DNA of 62,136 nucleotides, the filler included, from Choristocarpus tenellus KU-1152 (lineage: Eukaryota; Protista; Phaeophyceae): assembly GCA_964200185.2 (NCBI GenBank). It is 7 parts of 7 records of this genome, joined end to end, with 100 filler letters (N's around TTAATTAATTAA, not from the genome) between each part and the next. Parts side by side here need not be neighbours in the genome. Positions count along the whole stretch, not along the records: positions 53,919 to 59,450 come from CAXNAD020010504.1; positions 59,551 to 62,136 come from CAXNAD020026515.1; 5 more parts are not named here. One strand, 5' to 3'. Position numbers and translations under genes: made by a program. The notes under the pieces are model-generated. The model worked only from the letters and a program-made list of their open reading frames with translations, had not been told where the DNA came from and made no database searches. This document shows, in pieces, positions 53,988 to 62,136 of the stretch (position 1 is the stretch's first letter; every line of letters begins with the position of its first letter).

Positions 53988-54450
53988 GGTGCTTTCGGTG
54001 CTCTTTGCCGTGAACACGGAATTAAACAGGGATTCACATCACATCTGCGGACAACCCTCAATTTAATGGGGTTGCTGAACGTATGTATGCTGGGTATAAT
54101 TGATGAAGCTTCATTGGCTGCCCGCCTTCAAGCTCCACAACTTTTTTCCCTTGTCACTATCCCCAAGACAAACTCTCTCTGGACTGAAGCTCGACGCTAT
54201 GTCTGCGACTCGCTCAATTGCACATTGAGCACTGCGAATCCTGGTTGTAATTCACCGTGTGAAATGTGGTATAGCACCCCTTCACCCCTGTTGACCTACC
54301 AATTTCTTCAATCTGATTTTTGCCGTCTCAGTAAGATCCATAAGACTTTCCAAAAGACTCAACGGTGTTTTCACCTGGGGCCGGGGATCAATCACCCTCG
54401 TGATGCGTATCATGTTCTTACTCCGACTGGTGCCATTTTTACTACGCATA
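53988..54450 (+). mobile_element. Decayed Ty1/copia integrase fragment
   Basis: With frameshifts: FGALCREHGIKQ..SADNPQFNGVAER..LWTEA..DSLN..TANPG..SPCEMWY..CFHLGPGINHPRDA, the copia integrase PQ.NGVAER and LW.EA motifs. Confidence 0.8.
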
Positions 54451-54906
54451 ACCCGACCTGGCTGTCCACTAGTTTGCCCCAGTCTTGCTCCAATAGGAGA
54501 GATTGCCACTGCTTGCGAAAGGGGGGGGGAGCTTGATGCAGACCCTCGTTCTGAGGACAATTTTTTGAATCTCAAAGAAGGTGGCCCACCATTAGATGTA
54601 CAGTCTATTTGTTAATCTCGCCCCTCCACTTTCTTTGGCAGAAAGGATGAAGGCGAAATTCATTATTCAAGTATTGAAGAGGACCAATGTCAGGAGATAC
54701 ATCATACTGCTAGGATCCATCCCCCATCTTTATCCAAACGGGGGATGTGGGTTCCACACACAGAGAATTATAAAGGATTGTTGTTGAGAAAGTTGATGTA
54801 ACAGAAGCGGTGGTGAAGCAACTGAGCAACCTGATGGCATTTGACATAAAGGAGTACATTCCCAAAGGGGAGTTGACGAGACCAACCAACAAGGGAGACT
54901 ATGAGA

Positions 54907-55280
54907 TGTTGGTAGATAGTGCTGCTGATACACATAGACACCACCGGTGGATTAGATAATAGGGTGGAGAGCCAGTGACAGATATATTACATGTACTGAC
55001 TCATAGTGTTGATTGATTTCTGTATCATGTTCAAGGTACACTTTCTATACTTAAGACAAGTAAATACGTGTTTCATAGTAAATTAGTGTGGACGATTACA
55101 AACCCCACACTATAGAAATAATGATGGTAGTCTAGGCTATATAGTCTTACCCATATAGTCAGTCAGCGGAATTGAGACCACAAGCTCCTCGTAATATTAA
55201 CGTTGCATATCTACACCAAGCTATTCACCATCTTTCATCAAAGCACCAGAGCCACGGGTCCAGTGTGGAATATTTCAACA
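54907..55280 (+). mobile_element. Solo LTR of the same family
   Basis: TGTTGG...TTCAACA, perfect 5-bp TSD TGAGA. Confidence 0.9.
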
Positions 55281-55575
55281 TGAGATGCCAGACAACTTTG
55301 ACTTCTTTGTGTCGGTGATGGGAAAATCTGCCGATATGGGGAGGAGTGGAAACAGAAAAAAATTGACAGCGGAGGTGATTGAAAGAACTGGAAGAAGCGA
55401 GGAGTAAGGTGAGGACGTTCGTATGGGGAAAATAACCTCGCACTGATTGAGCATCTAACGATCGTAAACTTAGTTTATCGAGAGTGGGGAAAGACTCAGC
55501 ATCATGGGCAAAACAAATGTCAACGTCTGCAGATATTATTGGCAACAAATACAATGCACCCCTGCCCCCTGAAGT

Positions 55576-55836
55576 GAGTCAAATTATCTTAGAGGGTAGA
55601 ACCATGTGCATTTTGGGGTCAAATCCAATGCTTCGATTTTGATGTAATTGTGGCTATTGTGTTTGTTAGGAAGTGTCAATATCCTTTTTCCGGACACACC
55701 TTTCCATAATGTACACATTTTACCTACTCGGAAATGTTTTGGAGACGTAAAATGTCATAAATAAACCCGTGGGAAGCCAAGCCCCAAATGATGGACAAAC
55801 AGGTCTAAACTTGTACCCTCTAGGATACTTTCACTC
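55576..55836 (-). mobile_element. MITE family A copy
   Basis: Flanked by AAGT on both sides. Confidence 0.9.
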
Positions 55837-57520
55837 AAGTGCGGATCCCCCCTTCCCCCGTGCCAAGGGTCAAGAGCTTGGATACAACTCTGAGCAAGGC
55901 CTAGAATATGCTGCCATAATCATATAGCTCAGAACAGAGTCTCGATCCATGAAGAGGGCAGGCATATGGGGGGAACTTAGGTCGTAAAAATTCGCAAGGT
56001 CAGACAAACAGGTACAAGAAGGGACATCAGGTGGGGGGGGAGAGAGAGTACAACCCATGTTTCGTGTTTGTTGCAGGGAAGGAGTGCCATTTCATGAGGC
56101 GACATGGGTTCTGCAAATTCGACCACTTCAAAGAAGGGAAGAGAGAAGGGAAACGAGGTAAGGAGGGTGAGGAGAAAGGAAAAAGGGAAAAGGCACAGGA
56201 ATACCGACTAAACAGAACCCCTGATGATATGGGTCCATTCCCACAGGGGCGGGTCGGTAAAACGAGACCCATGGACATCAACGCTACCCCAGCACACGCA
56301 CCTGAAAATAGGGATTTCAAGACCAGGGTCTTTACACCGGGCGATCAAAGGTGCAGGGGGGGGGGAAGGTGTTGGTAGAGACAGCATTGAAGAATGGTTT
56401 GGGACCTGGGAAAAGTTGGAAGGGGAGAAAGAGGTATCAAAAAGTACAATGCAGGATTTGAAGGAGTTAGCAAGCACAGGAAAAGCGTTACTTGACGAGT
56501 GTGTGGGAGGTTTGGGGTGATTGGAAGGTAGGCTAGGACCGAGATGGAGCCCTAAATATACGGACTGAGGTAGTATTGAAGGCCATTTTGGAAAGAAGAT
56601 AGGATTTGCACAGATGATAGAGATTGCGATAAGTAGTTCAAGGAGGGGTAGTAGTAAGCATGAGAGGGGAAGACAGAGTATGCAAGTTTATTTCCCCATA
56701 TTTTGGAGAATCCCCACCCTCTGTAAGATAGTGTTGTGAATTTAAAGCATTTACAGGTACAATTAAATTGGGGTGGAAATTTTGACCAAACCGATTGAAC
56801 TCTGTTGATATACAAAATAACGCGCGCAGATCGCTTCGTGTTGCTTGGTACAACGAACCTAAAACTCCAAGTCTCCATAGGCCTCGGCAGGCAGATCCGA
56901 ACCTATAAACCGTCAAATATGTAGCGAGTTGGGCAGTGACACTTTGTGATGAATATGTAGTTATAACTCTGACCTCTTAAACGTTCAGTAATCACACTTC
57001 TGTTTGTACTGTAAATATAAAAAAGGTCTAGCTGAATGACCAAACTTTTTCGTTCAGTTATTTGGTTTTTCTGATTAATTGAACTGAAGCCAATTAATTG
57101 AAATATCGAGATTCACAACTCAATATATGATAATATATATAATTAGTCTGGAAGCACATTATAGTAATAGTAGTATTACATATATTATTGTGGCTACGTG
57201 TTGACATTACAGGGACTGAAGGTTTTATACCTCTGTTCACAATGTACGATCCATACGCATTCAGGGCCCACTGGGCCCTGTTTGGTGAGTAATTATTGGG
57301 TTGCACACTCCCTACACACTCCCTGCACACTCCCAAGAGCATCTTGGGCTGACTGCCCGCCACCGGGTTACATGGAATCCTTCTAACACGAGCTTTGCCA
57401 GATCTCGCCCCTGCATCCCTTCTCATATGGGGCAGTTTGTTGCTGTTGTCCCCCTTCTCGAGCACAATCAACTCCAGAATAGTCGGCTCCGGGGTCGTTC
57501 AAACCTTCCCCAGAGCCAAA

Positions 57521-57758
57521 GTAAACGAGGGGTACCCAGGTTTTGGTTGTTTTACTTTTAAAGCCAGTTTTTCAATCTTTGTGATTGACCAGTATCTCCA
57601 TGGATGGAGTTCTAAGTTTGACTTGAGAGCAATTATTTCTCCATTGTTTGAAACTTTTCAACACATTTCACAAAATATCCAATATGCATTATTTGTTGTG
57701 AAAAAAACGATTTTTCCACATATTTGTCAGCATCCTCTAATGGATACCTCTCGTTTAC
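57521..57758. mobile_element. MITE family C (~235 bp, ~18-bp TIR)
   Basis: GTAAACGAGGGGTACCCA ... TGGATACCTCTCGTTTAC; diverged copies at about 1747-1985 and 18246-18480 share CCAGTTTT.C and CATCCTT.A..ATG blocks. Confidence 0.65.
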
Positions 57759-58388
57759 GTTGACTGTCACTAGCGAGATTGTGTGGATGCCCAAATGTGC
57801 TGGCAAAGCACATAGCATTTTTTCGGTTCCTGTTGGGATATAGCTTCTTGAAACTCGTTCAGATTGATGCCTTTGTGACTCCCGCAGTCCCCCTTCCATA
57901 GTGAGTTGAGGGCAGGATTAAGGATGGATGCTCTGCTCCTTCTACTGCGTATAGCGCTTCCAAATCCTGCTGACACTTCTCCAGGAGATGCTGAACATGT
58001 GCCAGCAACTTGTCTCAAGTCCCCCTTGGTTAGAACATCATTTTGACTGTTCTTTCTATGGTTACATTTGTATTGATCTCATGATCTTTCTTTTCTCTAA
58101 CAGTCTTGTTCATGTGTTATTTTCACTATTATAACAAAATGCTTTCTTATATACCTTCTCGCCTTAATTTTTCTTGTTTTTCTAACATTACAATCCTTAC
58201 AATATAGGAGTATGTATAATGATCTACTATGCAGACATACTAATAGTATTATTAGAAGGAAGAGTACTATTGAAATACTTGCTATGTCATGGACAGGTCG
58301 CCTTTTTGGGGATTTCCGATGTTGATGAGGATAATATGCGCGGTCATATACATTTGCGCGTGTCACCTTTTGCAATTGAGGGCAGGCC

Positions 58389-58917
58389 AAGTGATGTAAT
58401 AATGTGGGTCAGATGCATGACTGGCACACGGTAACTCCGACATGAAGGGTAGATTCAAACCAGCAAAGCCGAGATTGTGCTTTCTTTTCTGACTGGTCGC
58501 AACCAATCACATTGAAGATTGATCCACATGGCACTTTGAGGTAGTCAACATACACCCAACATGCCTCAGTCTCTTCTTTTACTTCCTTTCTGAACCCGAT
58601 CTCTGGTGGTTCTCATCGCCCCCCAACACACAGAACCAGACCCCATTACAGCTACTTTATAAAATTAGATGTGTCGTGGGGCCTGGTTCTGTGCGATGCC
58701 ACCAGAGATGAGATTCAGAAAGGAAGTGAGAGATGAGACTGAGGCATACTGGGCGTAGTATGCTGACAGCCTCAAAGTGCCATGCTGATCAATCTCCAGT
58801 GTGATTGGCTGCGACCAGTCAAAACAGAAAACAAAAACTCGAGGTTTGCTGTTGAATCCACCCTTCATGTCGGGTTACCGCGAGTCTGTTGTGTGTCTGA
58901 CCTACACCACATCACTT
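58389..58917. repeat. Long imperfect inverted repeat (foldback), arms about 260 bp
   Basis: Left AAGTGATGT..CGACATGAAGGGTAGATTC..GACTGGTCGCA.CCAATCACA..CATGGCACTTTGAGG..ACTTCCTTTCTGAA..ATCTCTGGTGG is mirrored on the right; centre about 58660. Confidence 0.85.
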
Positions 58918-59450
58918 ATTCTCTGATAGATACACTATTATTTTTATTGATACTGATATAATAGTTTGTGTTGGGAGGTATGTCATGTATTTTTCTGTTA
59001 CAATAGATTGTGTTGTGGCACGTTTCAATTCTTTGAAACATACAACCTAGTATTCTCCCTCTTCACTACCCGAACTTCAGGTGGAGATGTCCTTATCAGC
59101 TTCAGATGAGGAAGAAGTCTATGTAAAATTGTGTACTCAGGAGAAGAGATTTTCGAGGATATTATCAGACGGGAGCTTAGTAGGCTTCAAGACTGTGAAT
59201 CATTCCCCAAGCAACTATTTGGACAAAAAATATATTTTTGTTCCCGAGGTGGATGTACGAGTACCTTCCTCGCACGAGGAGGTGGTGGAGATAATAAGAG
59301 CAAAGGCAGCTATCATTGATCGCCAAGCTCAAATATATAGAGAGGCGAGCATTCCACCTGGACCCAACTTATCTGGGGGGGGGGGGGGGGGGTCCACCCC
59401 GGGGCCCCCATTTTGACCAAAATAGGGAAAAGGGCCTTTAAATAATCATC

Positions 59451-59550
59451 NNNNNNNNNNNNNNNNNNNNNNNNNNNNNNNNNNNNNNNNNNNNTTAATT
59501 AATTAANNNNNNNNNNNNNNNNNNNNNNNNNNNNNNNNNNNNNNNNNNNN
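59451..59550. other. Artificial contig-joining spacer
   Basis: Same spacer. Confidence 0.97.
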
Positions 59551-59714
59551 GTTGGAAGAGTCTAATCGAACAGTAGAAGTGTGATAGCGTTATTCCTTAG
59601 TAGGGGTATACTTCTAACATATGCTTGAGTGCTTGCCCAGCAACACACCTTCTCCTTAACTTCATCACCCTGCTCGCACACCCTGTCTTGAGCCTGTTCC
59701 GTACCTTCCAACAG

Positions 59715-59882
59715 ATCAGTGCTGCTGACTTGGCCCTGGGTGAGGTTGCTCGTTGGACATCATCTGGTTTACTCGACGGAATTCCCACCGCCATCCTCGA
59801 CACCTGTCCTCAAGTAAAGGGTCTGGTAGAGAGAGTTCTTAGTAACAGTAATATTGCCAAGTACTATGCTTCCCAGCAATAG
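59715..59882 (+). CDS. Glutathione S-transferase, final exon only (C-terminal helical domain)
   Basis: Acceptor ccaacag then ISAADLAL..WTSSGLLDGIPTAILDTCPQVKGLVERVLSNSNIAKYYASQQ*, with the N-capping S.AD motif and the ..P.L..L..RV...I.KYY pattern of sigma/alpha-like GSTs; upstream exons lie beyond the contig start. Confidence 0.82.
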   Translation: MSAADLALGEVARWTSSGLLDGIPTAILDTCPQVKGLVERVLSNSNIAKYYASQQ

Positions 59883-60216
59883 TCATCATCTGCTTACATT
59901 ACCCATTGGTGAGCCCGATCAGGTATTCTGCAGTTCAAATAATGTGTGCTGTGCGACGAGAGAGGGTGGCTTCGACGAAAAGGTCGCGATGTACTGTTCT
60001 TCAGGCATATTCTAGTCCTGTGCATTTTAATTGTAGTAGAGATCCTCTTCAATATGTCACAGCAGCTTGCCAGAGTATACAACTATAGGTCGAGTTGGTT
60101 AATCCTGGAGTAGCATCCTTGGCACTGTCCAATTCTTGTCACATCACAGGAAGTATATTATGGTAACTTAGGCTATTTTTATCAAAGTATTAAGCATCAT
60201 TTCTGAGGAGAGGTTG

Positions 60217-60590
60217 TGTTCGTGGATAGCGCTGCTGATACACTAAAAACATCACTGGCGGAGCAGATAGAGCGATGGAGAGGCGGTGATGGACGTACCA
60301 GTGTATTGTTGTGTAGTCAGAACATGCTGTTTGTGTCGTGTACTCGATGTATGCTTGTCATACTTGAAGACAAGGAAGTAAGAGATTCATCGTTAGTTAG
60401 TGCGAAGGATTGCCAAACCTCATAGCACTATAGGAGTCACAATGGGTATGGCTGAGCTCATTCAACGGAATTGAGACCGCATGCCCCTCTTACCAATGAT
60501 ATTAATATCCACACCACCAAGCCACACACTGTTTGCCAAGGCAAACGATTGATAATCTTAACCACGGGTCCAGTGTGGAGTACTTCTACA
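60217..60590 (+). mobile_element. Diverged LTR of the same family
   Basis: TGTTCGTGGATAGCGCTGCTGATACAC ... CCACGGGTCCAGTGTGGA.TA.TTC.ACA; no matching TSD; purine run GAGGAGAGG just upstream. Confidence 0.75.
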
Positions 60591-60993
60591 CCCTGTATCG
60601 AGCCGATTGTTCCTGAGATGTGTGTTAAAACATAGACTACTCCCTCTGTCATTCCTACAGTACTCTCAACTGGTGTCGACCGTTGGTCTGTCCACTAATA
60701 ATGTTTCCTTGGTGTACCATTACCGACATTGCATCACACCAATTCTACACAGTATAGTATTACCACAACTTAGCGTTGCATCCTGCGTGGAAAGTATTGA
60801 AACATGGGCTGCCCCCTCCACGATTTGTAGAGGCAGGTCAGTGCTATCAACTAGTGTCGACTATTGGCCCGTCCACTGGTAATGATTCTGTAGTTTTCAA
60901 ATATCCACATCACATGCATACTGCCCTGCGCGGCATATGATCATGACTTACCGTTGCACTTTGCATGGTTTACAGAGATCTGATTATTGTGGC

Positions 60994-61175
60994 GGCTCAA
61001 AGTATCTGGGAGGAGGGGGGGTCTACACCAGGGTGTCCATTTGGGTCTTGACCACCAGGAGAAATGTACTTATGATTTTTGGGTGATTTGGTTCCATGTG
61101 TCGGATGAATAATATGACATGGAAAAAAGGGCCTCAAATGGACAGCCGCCACCTCCACCTCAGATAGTTTGAGCC
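60994..61175. mobile_element. MITE family B, short complete copy
   Basis: GGCTCAAAGTATCTGGGAGG..GTCCATTTGG ... CAAATGGAC..CAGATAGTTTGAGCC; TSD not clear. Confidence 0.72.
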
Positions 61176-61600
61176 TGAACGAAAAGTTTATCAACTGCAC
61201 CCACACATCTCGACATGATTCCGACACGACATCGTCTTCTAAATCCATCCGTGACATGGTCCAACTTGTCCTCTGACGGCTAGTCCAGCTTGAGCTCCTT
61301 GAAATTCAAGATTGCAAGCATAACCCTCCAGGTCATAGACGCTGCCACCATGAGCTTATAGACACTGCCACCAGCCAGAAACTGGAGACGGCAGGCAAGG
61401 GCCTTCACTCCTGAAAAATTCCCAATTCCAGAGACGGTCTATTCTCTTCTCCCTTTTGAGAGAAGGTTGTAGTAGACTGCACAAAGTAGAAGGGGACGGA
61501 AAGTGCATACAGAATCGTCTGTGAGACGTGTGGCCCTGCAGCATGGGCCCGATGTGGACATCTCATGACTTTCTCAAACGTCCTACCAATGATGAATGTG
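61176..61600 (-). mobile_element. Decayed PIF/Harbinger-like transposase
   Basis: With stops and frameshifts: FEKVMR.., LACRLQFLAGGSVY (HTH region) and DGFRRR..MSRCVGAVD (first catalytic Asp motif, cf. CIGAIDG); cut by the MITE B copy at 61175. Confidence 0.62.
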
Positions 61601-62136
61601 TGCTTTGACCCCAATGGTCCCTGATGCCCTGGCAAAGAGAGGGAGGAGAAAGGTTAAAAGAAATTAGTGGTAGGAAGAGGGATGGGGAAGAAATTATCAA
61701 TATCCGATAAAAGGGCTGAGAACCAGGGGTACAGGACAAGGAGGGCAAGAACAAGACAACCTCTGAGCAAGCTTTCCCGCCCACCCACCCTATCGCTTGC
61801 TCACGACGGACGGGAACACTGGGAAAGGGGAGGGAAGGTCAAGTTCGGGTGGGGTAGTGTTACAGGCGAATAGCGTGAGCGTTTCTTCTTGTATTTCAAC
61901 AAAGTTTGAGCATTTGTTACACACGAATAGCGCGAGCATTTTCTCCTTATGTGTTAGGAAATACGAACATTTGTAATGGACATACAGTGTGAAGATTGTT
62001 TCTCGAGTTCTGACAAGTGTGAACTATATACGAGATTAGTAACACATAGGTTAACCTTACAGAATAAGTGATTATTTTAAGGAGATGCAGAGTAAGATTC
62101 GGAATACCTACGTAATATCACAGAGGAAAATATCAA

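Noticed and set aside
1267-55836. Recurrent similar short ORFs (ILPTPKHFG, KPSPKWT) as a gene family, or the repeats as a CRISPR array
   Set aside because: They are translations of dispersed non-coding MITE A copies with TIRs and TSDs; no repeat-spacer periodicity and no cas genes.
59081-59416. 111-aa ORF/exon-like block after an AG acceptor
   Set aside because: No recognisable family and it runs into a MITE B end at the contig edge; cannot be called.
3060-59506. Six recurring TTAATTAATTAA palindromes
   Set aside because: Each is centred in identical N runs: a synthetic contig spacer, not biology.
23770-59882. Apparent redox/selenium cluster (Prx-Trx, SepSecS, GST)
   Set aside because: The three genes are on different contigs separated by artificial spacers, so proximity carries no information.

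Overview
Eukaryotic nuclear DNA, not a prokaryotic locus. The window is seven unrelated contigs joined by artificial 100-nt N44-TTAATTAATTAA-N44 spacers (contigs 1-3015, 3116-26552, 26653-35869, 35970-50581, 50682-53818, 53919-59450, 59551-62136). Intron-rich genes, bipartite signal+ASAFAP-type plastid presequences and TTAGGG motifs point to a photosynthetic stramenopile, most likely a brown alga or close relative (inference). Genes reconstructed by hand from splice sites and reading phase: plastid Cpn20 (6 exons, 7-kb last intron) head-to-head with a plastid CRM/YhbY RNA-binding protein; a 5'-truncated typical 2-Cys peroxiredoxin spliced in frame to a C-terminal thioredoxin domain with an atypical HCGKC site; selenocysteine synthase SepSecS (8 exons, 3'-truncated); a ~727-aa ankyrin-FHA-G-patch protein; the last exon of a glutathione S-transferase; and a disrupted TPR gene. 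Non-coding DNA is dense in mobile elements: 10 copies of a ~255-bp hairpin-containing MITE, a second poly-G MITE sharing its terminal core, a third TIR element, solo LTRs with 5-bp TSDs, decayed copia integrase, Tc1/mariner and PIF/Harbinger transposases, three tRNA-like relics and a ~530-bp foldback. The most notable candidates are the Prx-Trx fusion, the ANK-FHA-G-patch architecture and the two linked MITE families. All exon models are manual and unverified by transcripts or searches.
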